DNA of 63,995 nucleotides, filler included, from Octopus bimaculoides (GCF_001194135.2; 6 parts of 6 records of this genome joined end to end with filler, not necessarily neighbours in it); one strand, 5' to 3'. Shown: positions 37,723 to 50,942, numbered from the whole stretch's first letter. Notes: generated by a model not told the origin, from the sequence alone. Made by a program: numbers and translations.

Positions 37723-37933
37723 TCAAAACAGTGTGCAGCTGATAAGACCCACTGTGGGTGGATTAAAGTGCCACCGCAGAGATGTTTGAAACCGGATTTT
37801 ACTTGGAAAGGATGATTCCCTTTGAAATATAAGGACACCAACCAAGGATAGTCACCAGGAAATATTCTGCCGCCGCCAATAACTCTTTTCTTTCTATTAT
37901 GACGGTGGTAAAGCTTTCGCCCACAAATCTCAC
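37723..37933 (-). CDS. S1 serine protease exon: propeptide, activation site and His57
   Basis: ttttgttctcgtttcag|GT...TTT GA|gtaagt, 211 nt, phase 1-2: [69 protein letters not shown]. Confidence 0.95.
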
Positions 37934-37954
37934 CTGAAACGAGAACAAAATTTT

Positions 37955-38225
37955 TAGTGTATCGGACAAAATGCTTAGCGACATTTCTTCCGGCTTTACG
38001 ATTATGCCGAGGTCAAATTTGCCTTTCATCCTTTCGGGGTCGATAAATCAAGTACGAGTGTAACATTGGGGTCGATAAATCAAGTACCAGTGTAACATTG
38101 GGGTCGATGCAATCGAGTAGTTACCCTCCTCACAAACCTCAGGCTTTGTGCCTTTAGTAGAAAGGATTATTATTACTATTATTATTATTATTATTATTAT
38201 TGTTATTATTATTATCATTATTATT
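37955..38225 (+). mobile_element. SINE family B with internal 33-bp duplication and (ATT)n tail
   Basis: ggggtcgataaatcaagtac(g/c)agtgtaacatt is repeated twice. Confidence 0.88.
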
Positions 38226-38489
38226 ATTGAGTGAGAGAACAGGGCATGCCATCAAAGTGACACTGGGGTAAAATATACGAAGCCCATTATACCCATCATG
38301 ACTACCCGTCTGATAAGGGTACACCAGGCACATGCATCACAACCATATGTGCGCAACATGGTGATCTCATATCAAGATAAACATCGCATGACCTTGCAGG
38401 TGGGACCCAGCTAGAATTTTCTTCAGGTTGAGTAGCCCATCCCGCTCAAAAGGTCCCTGAATAAGGTTTGTTTAAGGATGTTGAGCAAA
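38226..38489 (-). repeat. Dispersed repeat 3' end ending in (AAT)n, probably a LINE/SINE tail
   Basis: GC-richer block abutting the (ATT)n tract and the gap; no ORF; family not verified. Confidence 0.45.
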
Positions 38490-39007
38490 NNNNNNNNNNN
38501 NNNNNNNNNNNNNNNNNNNNNNNNNNNNNNNNNNNNNNNNNNNNNNNNNNNNNNNNNNNNNNNNNNNNNNNNNNNNNNNNNNNNNNNNNNNNNNNNNNNN
38601 NNNNNNNNNNNNNNNNNNNNNNNNNNNNNNNNNNNNNNNNNNNNNNNNNNNNNNNNNNNNNNNNNNNNNNNNNNNNNNNNNNNNNNNNNNNNNNNNNNNN
38701 NNNNNNNNNNNNNNNNNNNNNNNNNNNNNNNNNNNNNNNNNNNNNNNNNNNNNNNNNNNNNNNNNNNNNNNNNNNNNNNNNNNNNNNNNNNNNNNNNNNN
38801 NNNNNNNNNNNNNNNNNNNNNNNNNNNNNNNNNNNNNNNNNNNNNNNNNNNNNNNNNNNNNNNNNNNNNNNNNNNNNNNNNNNNNNNNNNNNNNNNNNNN
38901 NNNNNNNNNNNNNNNNNNNNNNNNNNNNNNNNNNNNNNNNNNNNNNNNNNNNNNNNNNNNNNNNNNNNNNNNNNNNNNNNNNNNNNNNNTATTATTATTA
39001 TTATTAA

Positions 39008-39200
39008 AGGGGTGAGATATCAGAATCGTTAGCACGTCAGCCAAAACGCTGAGCGGCTTTTCGTCCGTCTTTACGTTCTGAGTTCAAATTCCGCCGAGGT
39101 CCACTTTGCCTTTGACCTTTCGGAGTCGATGAAATAAGTACCAATGAAATACTGGAGTCAATGGTAGAAAGGATTATTATTATTATTATCATTATTATTA
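39008..39200 (+). mobile_element. SINE family B
   Basis: cagaatcgttagcacg...gttcaaattccgccgaggtccactttgcc. Confidence 0.85.
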
Positions 39201-39689
39201 TGTTTGACTTTTGCTTTGTATTTGTACAAATTGACTCCAAGTCTCACCCAGAGACCTCGAGACAACAAGTTAGAAGTTCGAGTTGTGTCATGACTAGGCG
39301 GCCATATTTTGGGATTTGCACAGAATATTGTTGTAGGGAATGCCTGTTAAAACATAAGAAATTTAGGAGTTTGTTTGTTTGTTTAATCGATTGGCAGTCA
39401 TGAATATTACTCTGAGGCTTTCAACCCGTGAGTGCCGCTTAGAGGAGACGATTTCGCTTGATACAGAAGCCGGTAACTGCATGGTTTTTATTTCCAGTAG
39501 GCTAACTCTCAATACAAACTCATCAGAACGCCCACTTTTATGTCTTACTGGGATACAGTCAAAGAAAATCATGGCCGCTAAAGCGTATCCCGAATTCAAA
39601 AGCTTAAGAGAACTGGATTTCTGAAGAAAATTATTGAATGAAATGTTTTTCATTTTATAAGAATTATTCTCAAGCATGACTGCGATTAG

Positions 39690-40090
39690 GAAGGTCATGG
39701 CTGTTCGATTGGATGGTTTGCATCCTAAGCACATGGTTTTGAGTTCTGATCTGCTGCACGGCACGTTGAGCATATGTCTTATATTATAACCCAATACCCT
39801 AATATCTTGTCAGTGAATTGGTAGACGGAAACTGTGTGGAAACCCGTCATGTGCATATGTATATCTATCTATTTATTTATTTTTATCTAGAGAGAGAGAT
39901 TGATTGATTGATAGATAGATAGACAGACAGACAAAGCTGATGTATGGCACATAATTTGATCACTAGAAACAAATTATTTGTGCAGGTCGTTAGGTAAAAG
40001 CTGAACACTGAGAGGTCGTCCTCGACAGGAGAGTCTAACATCTGATCCTATGTGAACGGACATAGGATCAGAACATCCTTATCAGTCCAA
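39690..40090 (+). mobile_element. SINE with A-like head and hairpin tail (tctgatcctatgt-gaacgg-acataggatcaga)
   Basis: Tail is the inverted homologue of 41385-41530. Confidence 0.75.
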
Positions 40091-40344
40091 CCATTATATC
40101 TATCTATCTTTCTATCTATCTATCTATCTAGATAGATAGATAGATAAATAGATAGATACATAGATAGATATATAGACAGATGTGTGTATGTGTCTTTATG
40201 CTTGTTTCACCACCACCACCACCACCATTCTGTTTGACAATGGACACAACAAAAGGTATCAAAGAATGTTAGGAATGTGTAGACGTTTATCTCAACACTT
40301 CATAAATAGTAAAATCTTCTACTTTTAGTCATATCTTCGTAGTT

Positions 40345-41375
40345 TCAAGTTTTGGCACAAGACCTGAAATTTTCAGGGAGTGGCCAAGCTGATTACATCT
40401 ACCCCAGTGCTCAACTGGTCCTTATTTTATCGACCCCGAAAGTATGAAAGGCAAAGTCAACCTTGGCTGGAATTTGAACTCAGAACATAACGACGGACGA
40501 AAAGCCGCGAAGCATTTATCCAGTTTGGTAAACTTAGTCGTATCATATTGTCATTATTGTGTTTGCATTTATCCCAATACGCCTTCTCGTTCCTAAGAAC
40601 GGGAAACGACATTCCCGATGAACAAAACGACATAGACTAGAAAAAGGGACAAATATAGCAACTGGATGCTTATGAATAAATTTGTAGGGCTCAGTTTGCA
40701 GATGGAACATATCGTGGTTAGACGGCGAGCTGGCAGAATCGTTAACATGCCGGACGAAATGCTAAGCAATATTTCGTCTGTCTTTACGTTCTGAGTTCAT
40801 ATTCCGCCGAGGTCGACTCTGCCCTACATCCTTTTGAGGTCAATGAATTAAGTACTAGTTACGCACTGGGGTCGATGTAATCGACTTAATCCCGTTGTCT
40901 GTCCTTGTTTGTCTCCTCTATGTTTAGCTCCTTGTGGGCAATAAAGAAGTAAGAATCGTTAACACAGCGAGTGTAATGCTTAGCGATATTTCGTCTGTCT
41001 TTACGTTCTGAGTTCAAATGCTGCCGAGATTGACTTTGCTTTTCATCTTTTCGGGGTCGATAAATTAAGTATCAGTTGCGTACTGAGGTCGATCTAATCG
41101 ACTGGCTCCCTCCCCAAACATTTCGAGCCTTGTGCCCAAAGTAGAAAAGAATAATTTTTAAAGGCGGTGAGCAGGTTGAATCGTTAACACGCCAGGCGAA
41201 ATGCTTAGCGGTATTTCGTCTGTCTTTACGTTCTGAATTCAAATTCCGCCGAGGTCGACTTTGGCTTTCATCCTTTCAGCGTCGATAAATTAAGTACCAT
41301 TTGCGTACTGGGGTCGATCTAATCGACTGCGTCTCCCTCTCCCCAAATTTCGGGCCTTGTGCCTAGAGTAGAAAA
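40345..41375. mobile_element. Cluster of SINE family B: one minus copy (40345-40520) and three head-to-tail plus copies (40722-41375)
   Basis: Repeated ggcagaatcgtta...gttctgagttcaaa...ctttcatc...gtcgatctaatcgact. Confidence 0.9.
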
Positions 41376-41384
41376 GGAACACAT

Positions 41385-41740
41385 GATGGTTGGACTGGTA
41401 AGGATGTTCTGATCCTATCTCCGTTTACATAGGATCAGATGGTGGACTCACCTGTCGAGGACGATCTCTGAGTGTTCGGCTATTGCCAAACAACCTGCAC
41501 AAAATAATTTGTTTCTAGTGATCTAATGTATGTGCCGCACATTAGCTCACTCACTCCAACAAATGCACGTTGCCTGAACAAGTGCACGGTGTGACGCGCG
41601 TCAGGTCTCGAAATGATCGCAGAGTAACATGAGATGAAGTGTATTGCTCAAGAACGCAATGTACCACCTGCTCCAGGGACTGAAACCACGATCCCGCGAT
41701 CGATCATGAGTGTAACACCCTAACCATTAGGCCATGCATC
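41385..41740 (-). mobile_element. tRNA-derived SINE (family D head) with hairpin tail
   Basis: Minus head ggatgcatggcctaatggttagggtg...ggtttcagtccc; tail shared with 39948-40090. Confidence 0.8.
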
Positions 41741-42058
41741 CTGATAGCAGCAGCAGCAGCAGCAGCAGCAGTAGCAGTAGTAGTAGTAGTAGTAATGACA
41801 ATCCTTGCTACTATAGATACAGGGTTAGCAGTTTTGTGGGGTGGGGATTTAGTTGATACCAGCCGATACTTTTGGCGTCCCTGAAAGGATGANNNNNNNN
41901 NNNNNNNNNNNNNNNNNNNNNNNNNNNNNNNNNNNNTTAATTAATTAANNNNNNNNNNNNNNNNNNNNNNNNNNNNNNNNNNNNNNNNNNNNATCATAAC
42001 CAACGCTACCACTACTCTCATTATCATCATCACCACCACCACCACCACCACCACCACA

Positions 42059-42092
<34 letters not shown>

Positions 42093-42481
42093 TCATCGTC
42101 GTCGTCGTCATCATCATCATCATCATGATCACTATCATCATGGTCACCGTCATCACATTCCTAATTTTTATTTTTAAACAGAATGCCATTATCGCTGTAC
42201 TCAGTATTTTAACTTTTTTTTTATTCTACTTTATTTGGTGACAGCAAAAAGAATCGAAATTAAAAAGGCTTCTATCGCTAATTTTAATTATATTTCATTT
42301 GCAGTGTTGATATATGTGCACAGTGCATACACTCGCACATACACTTATACATACATACATGCATACACACATACAGAAAGACATACATACAGATATACAT
42401 ACATACATATGGTGACGGACAAAGACACACACAGCGAAACACACCCACAGACACGCGCACAAACACACAATCACATGGACA

Positions 42482-42630
42482 TATACGGGCTTCTTTCAGT
42501 TTCCAGCAAACGAATCCACTTCAAAAGTGTTGGTGAACCAGAAGCTATAGTAGAAGTCGTGTGACCAAGTGGGATTGAACCAGGAACTATGTCACTGCGG
42601 GGCTAGTTTCTTACCACACATCCACGCCTT
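42482..42630 (-). mobile_element. SINE family A head
   Basis: gggcttctttcagtttcc...gctatagtagaag...ttcttaccacacatccac. Confidence 0.75.
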
Positions 42631-43021
42631 TACTTATATATATANNNNNNNNNNNNNNNNNNNNNNNNNNNNNNNNNNNNNNNNNNNNNNNNNNNNNNNN
42701 NNNNNNNNNNNNNNNNNNNNNNNNNNNNNNNNNNNNNNNNNNNNNNNNNNNNNNNNNNNNNNNNNNNNNNNNNNNNNNNNNNNNNNNNNNNNNNNNNNNN
42801 NNNNNNNNNNNNNNNNNNNNNNNNNNNNNNNNNNNNNNNNNNNNNNNNNNNNNNNNNNNNNNNNNNNNNNNNNNNNNNNNNNNNNNNNNNNNNNNNNNNN
42901 NNNNNNNNNNNNNNNNNNNNNNNNNNNNNNNNNNNNNNNNNNNNNNNNNNNNNNNNNNNNNNNNNNNNNNNNNNNNNNNNNNNNNNNNNNNNNNNNNNNN
43001 NNNNNNNNNNNNNNNNNNNNN

Positions 43022-43250
43022 CTGCTTCCTTAATTGTCAAGTCTTTGTCGTTTTTTTAGCTGTAGAGGTACTTCCATTGTAGGTTGAAGTTGGGAACAAT
43101 GTTTGGTTTATACATAGCGTGAGGAAAATAAGGATACGGTTGCGGAAGTTGTCTAGTGTTTTATTCCGTCCTTTGGGTGGTAGATAATTACTTTTGATTT
43201 TCTCTGATTCGTCATCGCTGTTGTAGTTGGTTAGTGCTTCTGCCAATCGA
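43022..43250 (-). mobile_element. Penelope-like element N-terminal/RT-start fragment
   Basis: FRLAEALTNYNSDDESEKIKSNYLPPKGRNKTLDNF, then after a frameshift KNDKDLTIKEA (the ..IK(P/E)ADKG motif), cut by the gap. Confidence 0.75.
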
Positions 43251-43617
43251 AATTTTGTGCCAAAATTTGAAACCATCGTTATTGAGGTGGCGTGTTGACA
43301 GAATCGTTAGCATGCCAAACGAGTCAAGGACATTTACCCACCCATGGACAGTAACCTCCACCAACTACAATTACCCCTGATGAAAACATATGATGATTCA
43401 AAGTTCACCGAGGTCGACTTTGCTTTTCATTCATCTTTTCGGAAACCATAAAATAAGTACGAGTTGAACATTGGTGCCAGTGTAATCAACTTATCCACTC
43501 CCCCGATATTGCTGGCCTTGTACCAAAATTCGAAATCACCCGCAACACCATCATTATCATAATCATCCTCATCTCATCAACACCGCAATCGTCCGCCCTG
43601 GGAAAAATAAAAGTGAC

Positions 43618-43658
43618 CATTATTATTATTATTATTATTACTATTATTATTAATATAT

Positions 43659-43728
<70 letters not shown>

Positions 43729-43760
43729 CATTATTATTATTATTATTATTATTATTGCCA
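43618..43760 (+). repeat. (ATT)n microsatellite
   Basis: Direct reading. Confidence 0.95.
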
Positions 43761-44843
43761 TTATTGTTGTTATTCCGTTCATCTTCTATATCTTCGACTT
43801 CACGGTTCGTGCTCATTGATGTCTCCCAGAGGGATACGACTCAGTTTACGTTTCGATTCCCCTTATAATCTCCTCAAGACGAAAGTTGGACGATCAAAAA
43901 CTATCTTTCAGAATATGTTTAGAACATCTCACAGGAAAAAAAGCCAAAATAACACCCTAGAGAAGAAGAGTGAGAGAAATCTTTAGTTGTAGGAAAAGGA
44001 ATTTCTGCTTTTTATATAACAAAGATAACGACAGTTCGACTTCTTAAAGTAGTTTTATTGTTCTCTCTCTTACTACATATGTATGTATGTCCCTCTTCGA
44101 CATACATACACATATAGTAAAACACATACTCACACATGCATAAGTATGCACATATATATATATATGTGCGTGTGTGTGTGTGTTTGTGTATGTATGTGTG
44201 TGTATGTGTATGTACATATTAATATTATCTCTGTGTATATATGTGTGTATGTATGTTTTTAGTTATATGCATATGTATGTGTATATATATATATNNNNNN
44301 NNNNNNNNNNNNNNNNNNNNNNNNNNNNNNNNNNNNNNNNNNNNNNNNNNNNNNNNNNNNNNNNNNNNNNNNNNNNNNNNNNNNNNNNNNNNNNNNNNNN
44401 NNNNNNNNNNNNNNNNNNNNNNNNNNNNNNNNNNNNNNNNNNNNNNNNNNNNNNNNNATATTTATATGTATATGTGAGTATATATATATATATATATATA
44501 TATACATAAATGTATATATACATATATGTATATATATATATGCATACATATACATACATACCTTTATATATATAAATGTGCGTATGTATGTATGTATGTA
44601 TGTATGTATGTATATATGTATGTATATATGTATGTAGTCGTTGCTCAATGGTAATTAAACCGCTCCGTTAACACTCTTCTTTCTAACCCTTCTTCTCTTT
44701 AAATCTTCATAGTCCTACCTATTACTCTTTCCATCTTATTCTCTTTTCTTTCTTTGTTATTTGTTTTCTCTCATTCGTGATAGAGTCATGTTTTATGTGA
44801 TTATCTACAGTTTAGCTTTGATCAATTTTTACTTTAAAAAATA

Positions 44844-45100
44844 TTGGGTTGGTGCATAATTATTCCGCTTTTTTTTTTTTTCAACAAATTTTATTCAACA
44901 AAAACAATAACAATATTTAACAAAAAACATCTTTAAATAACGGTCTAACCGTCTGCCAAGCAAATGGGAAACAGTAATTGAAGTAGATAGTGAATATGTT
45001 CCGGAATAATTATTTAAAGATGTTTTCGTTACATGTTGTCATTGATTTTGTTGAATAAAATTTGTTGAATAAAAGCAGCAAAAATTATTCACCAACCCAA
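44844..45100. mobile_element. Mariner-derived foldback MITE with ~95-bp inverted arms and TA TSD
   Basis: TA-ttgggttggtgcataatt ... aattattcaccaacccaa-TA. The core encodes the mariner C-terminus NRLPSKWETVIEVDSEYVPE*. Confidence 0.88.
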
Positions 45101-45669
45101 TAAGGATGGGGAAACTTTTACTTCCTTTTTGTTTTCTCCTTTAATCCGGTTTCTCTTCCTTTTAGTTTACTTGTTTCATCATCACCATCATCATCATCAT
45201 TATCATTATTATTATTGCTATATTATTCATTCCTGCTCTAGGCATAAGGCCCGAAATTTTGGGGGAAAGTGCCAGTTGATTTTATCGACTCCAGTACGCA
45301 ACTGGTACTTAATTTATCGACCCCGAAAGGATGTAAGGCGAAGTCGACCTCGGCGGAAATTGAACTCAGAACATAAAGACAAACGAAATACCGCTAAGCA
45401 TTTCGCCTGGCGTGCTAACGATTCTGCCAGCTTGATTTATTGTTAAATTATTAATAATGCTTATTTGAAATTTTTGCCACAAGGGCCGCTGGGGGAGGTG
45501 GGGGATAAGTCGATTTCATCGAACCCCTGAAAGGATAAAAGGCAAAGTGGACCTCGGCGAAATTTGAACACAGAACGTAGCGAGGGACGAAATACCGCTA
45601 TGCATTTCGTCCAGCGTGCTAACGCTTCTGCCAGCCCGCCGCTGTTATTTTATTAGTATTATTAATAAA

Positions 45670-45963
45670 AATAATGATGATAATAATAATAATAAGAAGA
45701 AGAAGAAGAAGAAGAAGAAGACGAAGAAGAAGAAGAAGAAGAAGAAGAAGAAGAAGAAGAAGAAGAAGAAGAAGAAGAAGAAGAAGAAGAAGAAGATGAA
45801 GAAGAAGAAGAAGGAGGAGGAGAAGAAGAAGAAGAATGATAATAATTATGATAATAATGATAATAATAATAACAATAATAATAATAACCACAGCAACAAC
45901 AACAACAACAACAACAACAATAATAATAATAATAATAATAACAATAATAATAATAACCACAGC

Positions 45964-45996
<33 letters not shown>

Positions 45997-46050
45997 AATA
46001 ATAATAATAATAATAATAATCATAATAATAACAACAATAATAATTATTAT
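45670..46050 (+). repeat. Compound (AAT)(AAG)(AAC) microsatellite
   Basis: Direct reading. Confidence 0.95.
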
Positions 46051-46619
46051 ATGATTACTGAGTCGGCGTGCTGGCGAAATTGTTAGCCCACGGATAAAAT
46101 ACTTAGCAGCATTTCGTCCGTCGCGACGTTCTGAGAACAAATTCCGCCGAGGTCAACTTTGCCTTTGATATTTTCGGGATCGCTAAATTAAGTACCTGTG
46201 AAACACTGGAGTCGACGTAATCGACTAACCCCCTCTCACACATTGCTGGCTTTGTGCCAAAATCCAAAAGCATTAATGTTATTATCAACGCCTCGAGCTG
46301 GCAGAATCGTACGAACTATTATTAGTAGTATTGTTATTGTTCTTGTGGTGAGGTGGCAGAATCGTTAGCACACTGGCCAAAATGGTTAGCGATATTTTAT
46401 CTGGTTTTACGCTCTGAGTTCAAATTCCTCGGAGGTCGACTGTGCTTTTCATCCTTCCGGATTCGATAAAATAGTACCACTTGTGCACTAGGGTCAACTA
46501 AATTGAGTTATCCGAACTACTTGACCTTGTACCAAAATTCGAAATTATTATTAGTATTATTGTCGTTGTTGTTTTTATTATTTTCCGATTGATTTTTTAA
46601 AAAATTTATTTCATCTTCC

Positions 46620-46860
46620 AATAGGTCAGGTCTTAACCAGAAACTTCCTCAGAATGTGGGCGATTTTGTTGGTTTCCTTGGGATCTGGTGAAAACATTGT
46701 CAGTACTTTTCTTGATCATTCCCAGGTCACTTACAACAACAGGGATGGTTTCCATTTTAATTGCTACGTCGTAGTTATCTCAATCTGAATGTCTTTATAT
46801 TTCTACATTTTTTCAATTTCAATTTCAATTTCAATTTCCTTTGCTGAGATATATCTATCA
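46620..46860 (-). mobile_element. RLE-type (R4/Dong-like) non-LTR C-terminal fragment
   Basis: Remnants KYKDIQIEIT, ETIPVVVSDLGMIKK and AHILRKFL match the C-terminus of restriction-like-endonuclease LINEs. Confidence 0.7.
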
Positions 46861-47438
46861 GTAGATACTGTTAGATGCTTAACGGCATTTCGTCCGTCGC
46901 TACGTTCTGAGTTCAAATTTCACCGAGGTCGCCTTTGCCTTTCATCCTTTCGGGGTCGATAAATCAAATACCAGTGAAACACTGAGGTCGATGTAATCGA
47001 CTAGTCCCAACCCACAAAATTTCAAGCCTTGTGCTTTTAGCAGAAAGAATTATTATTACTATTATTACTATTATTATTTTCTTTTCCCCCCATTTCTCTT
47101 TAATCATCTTTCTTTCTCCATTTTCTTAATCTTCTTCCATTTTATACTTTATATATTTTGTTTCCTTCTCCGTCACTTATTTCATTCACCTTCTTCATTT
47201 CTTATCCATCCTATTCGTCGTCTTTTGTACATTGTTTATTTATTTATCTATTTCTTGTTCATATTTCTTTCGTCACAATCTTTTCTGGCGAAAGAAATGA
47301 GCAAAAATCTTGAAGACAAAAATACAACTTTGGAAAACGCACCCCTCATTCTACTATCATCTCCACTACCAACCCTCAAGTAAAAACATGCATGTATACG
47401 CATATATACATAATAAAATACAAATATACACACATATA

Positions 47439-47502
<64 letters not shown>

Positions 47503-48483
47503 TGTATATATACAATTATATATACATATATGCATAAATGCATAAAGGTATACATACACATAATATTAGAAGCCTTTTAATATAACCTAATCTTCTCGTT
47601 TCCACTTTCTTTGTCAGGCATAATACTTGTTCCACAATGTTCCTTCTCGTTTGGTCTCCTCCACTGAATCGTGCAATCTTTGTCTTGTTCTTCTTGTTTT
47701 CATATTTTGTCTTTTACACCGTATCATATCTCTCCCCTATTTCCTTTATTTTATTCTTCTTCTTTCTTAGGGTCCCTTGCTGTCTATTACACACTTTTCT
47801 CTCCCCTCCATACCTTCAGCTTTTATTTTGCACTTCGGCCATGTTTTTTTCTTTTTTTTTTTTTTCCTTTTTTACAGATTTTCATTTGTACTTTGCTACG
47901 GTTAATTAGCGCTAAAACAGCAAACTGTTCTAGTATCACCGTAGATAAGCATATTTTTGTTGCTCTTTTAATCATAGTAGTCGTTGTTATTTCGCATGAC
48001 TTTGTATTCTAAACTTTACGCTACTTAGCTTTCGTTTTCTGGCCGCCGACTGTACCCCTCACCGTCTAACACCCAGAATATTGATATCGACACGGTATAA
48101 AACAGTTTTTTTCACACACAAACACCCACACATCCGCCGCCTACGTGTATGCATACATACATCTTATTCTGTACTAAAGATTTCAAACGTTGTCTACCAC
48201 AATACTTGTTCTTGTATAATGTTAACTGGAGTAAAAAAAACATCATACTTCCCTGTGCTTCCATACACCCGTACATTCAAGCACACTCGCAAACGTACAC
48301 ACGCATGATTGTGCGTGTATGTATTTATGAGAGAACGTGTGTACGTGTGTATTTCGAGGTGTGTGTATGCACACGCACTCTCGTATGTACATAGACATCC
48401 ACACAGACATTCGCACACACATACATCCATAACAAACGACTATCATTTATAAATTACTTCATAAATATTTAAAATTACATACG

Positions 48484-48538
<55 letters not shown>

Positions 48539-48562
48539 GCAAAATATATACAATAGGCGTAG

Positions 48563-48980
48563 GAGTGGCTGTGTGGTAAGTAGCTTGCTTACTAACCGCA
48601 TGGTTCCGATTTCAATCCCATTGTGTGGCACCTTGGGCAAGTGTCTTCTACTCAAGCATCGAGCCGACCAAAGCCTTGTAAGTGGATTTGGTAGACGGAA
48701 ACTGAAAGAGGCATGTCGTATATATGTATATGTATGTGTATGTGTGTGTATATGTTCGTGTGTCTGTGTTTGTCCCCCCAACATCGCTTGACAACCGATG
48801 CTGGTGTGTTTACATCGCCGAAACCTAGCGGTTCGGCAAAAGAGACCCGATAGAATAAGTACTAGGCTTACAAAGGATAAGTCCTGGGGTCGATTTGCTC
48901 GACTAAAGGTGGTACTCCAGCATGGCCACAGTCAAATGACTGAAACAAGTAAAAGAGTAAAAGAGTAAAACAAGTAAAAG
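48563..48980 (+). mobile_element. Full-length SINE family A, CpGs largely intact
   Basis: Same consensus as 13434. Confidence 0.9.
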
Positions 48981-49481
48981 AACATATATATATATANNNN
49001 NNNNNNNNNNNNNNNNNNNNNNNNNNNNNNNNNNNNNNNNNNNNNNNNNNNNNNNNNNNNNNNNNNNNNNNNNNNNNNNNNNNNNNNNNNNNNNNNNNNN
49101 NNNNNNNNNNNNNNNNNNNNNNNNNNNNNNNNNNNNNNNNNNNNNNNNNNNNNNNNNNNNNNNNNNNNNNNNNNNNNNNNNNNNNNNNNNNNNNNNNNNN
49201 NNNNNNNNNNNNNNNNNNNNNNNNNNNNNNNNNNNNNNNNNNNNNNNNNNNNNNNNNNNNNNNNNNNNNNNNNNNNNNNNNNNNNNNNNNNNNNNNNNNN
49301 NNNNNNNNNNNNNNNNNNNNNNNNNNNNNNNNNNNNNNNNNNNNNNNNNNNNNNNNNNNNNNNNNNNNNNNNNNNNNNNNNNNNNNNNNNNNNNNNNNNN
49401 NNNNNNNNNNNNNNNNNNNNNNNNNNNNNNNNNNNNNNNNNNNNNNNNNNNNNNNNNNNNNNNNNNNNNNNNNNNNNNNNN

Positions 49482-49563
<82 letters not shown>

Positions 49564-50019
49564 GATAGATCGCTGAACACTACACACATTTTATTATCAC
49601 CTTGTTTCTTTCCGTGTTCCTTTATGTGGAAGAGCGTAGACTCGAAACATTAAAGACTTTCTCAATTCCCGCGCGTTATACTAATACATCTATTTGTTTT
49701 CAACACCACCAGACTTCGTCTGTTGTTGTTTTTTTTGTGTGTATTCTCCCTATATATATATATATTCATATTCGTTGCTATGATGCCAAAGTGTTGTAAG
49801 TCCAAAACTTTGCTTTTCAGAAAAACGGAATAATTGTTTCACCATAGCAAAACCGTTTTACCACACCTTGACAATTTTTGATATCGTGGCATCTGAAGCA
49901 GCTGGAAGTACGATAGCTTTACCAAAAGAACCGGGTATTGCAAGCAAAAATAAATATTGAAAACAACGGATTCGGCCAAATTTGGACATGGCTCACTTTA
50001 ACTTAATATATATATATTA

Positions 50020-50375
50020 GAACGCAGAACGTAAAGACAGGCGTGATGCAGCAAAGTATTTTGTCACAGTTCTTTTCTTGAAATTTTGGGGGAAGAGATT
50101 AGTCGATTACATCGACCCCAGGGTTTCACTGGTACTTAATTTATCGACTACGAAAGGATGAAAGGCAGACGTAGCGACAGACGAAATACTGCTAAGCATT
50201 TCGCCCGTCGTGCTAACGATTCTTTTCTACTCTAGGTACAAGTCCTGAATGTTCTAGAGAGGGGTCCAGTCGATTAGATCGACCCGGAATTTGAACTCAG
50301 AACGTACCGACAGACAAGATACCACTAAGTATTGCGCCCGGCATGCTAACGATTCTGCCAGCTCACCGCCTTAAG
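50020..50375 (-). mobile_element. Rearranged SINE family B copies
   Basis: Minus-strand family-B segments with internal deletions. Confidence 0.8.
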
Positions 50376-50794
50376 TTTAGGACATATGAAGGTGGATTAT
50401 GAGTACGTATTGAGTCATGTCCATGTGTCTGGGTGAGTATATATATGGGTGTGAGCGTGCATGTGTATGTATGGTTTTATATGTGTGAGTATGTGTGTGT
50501 GTAAGTACAAATATGGGGTATAGTTACAATTGTGAATGCATGTACTCACACACATGTACACATACATTCAGACACACATTCATACAAAAAACACAAAAAC
50601 ACACACATATATGTGACCACACATGGATGCATTTAGTGCTACATATACCTGTATATAAGTTCACACATGCACATATACACACACGTGTATATGTATATAA
50701 TATATGTATGTATGTATATGCATACATATGTATATGTATGTATATACATACATATATATATAAATATATATATATTTAGGTATATATGTATACG

Positions 50795-50829
<35 letters not shown>

Positions 50830-50942
50830 TTAGGTATATATACAATTTTATATACGTACGTGCTTGCATATATATATATATATAAGCAAGCACATACGTA
50901 TATAAAAATTACACAACAATACGTGTGATTGTTCGTGTGTGT

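Larger units (their letters stand above)
45235..47060. mobile_element. SINE family B cluster: minus copies 45235-45435 and 45460-45640; plus copies 46062-46270, 46345-46545 and 46870-47050
   Basis: Family-B consensus in both orientations around a trinucleotide tract. Confidence 0.88.

Noticed and set aside
45616-46140. Poly-Lys/Asn/Ile ORFs (likewise 43486-43819 and 54818-55601)
   Set aside because: Trinucleotide microsatellites.
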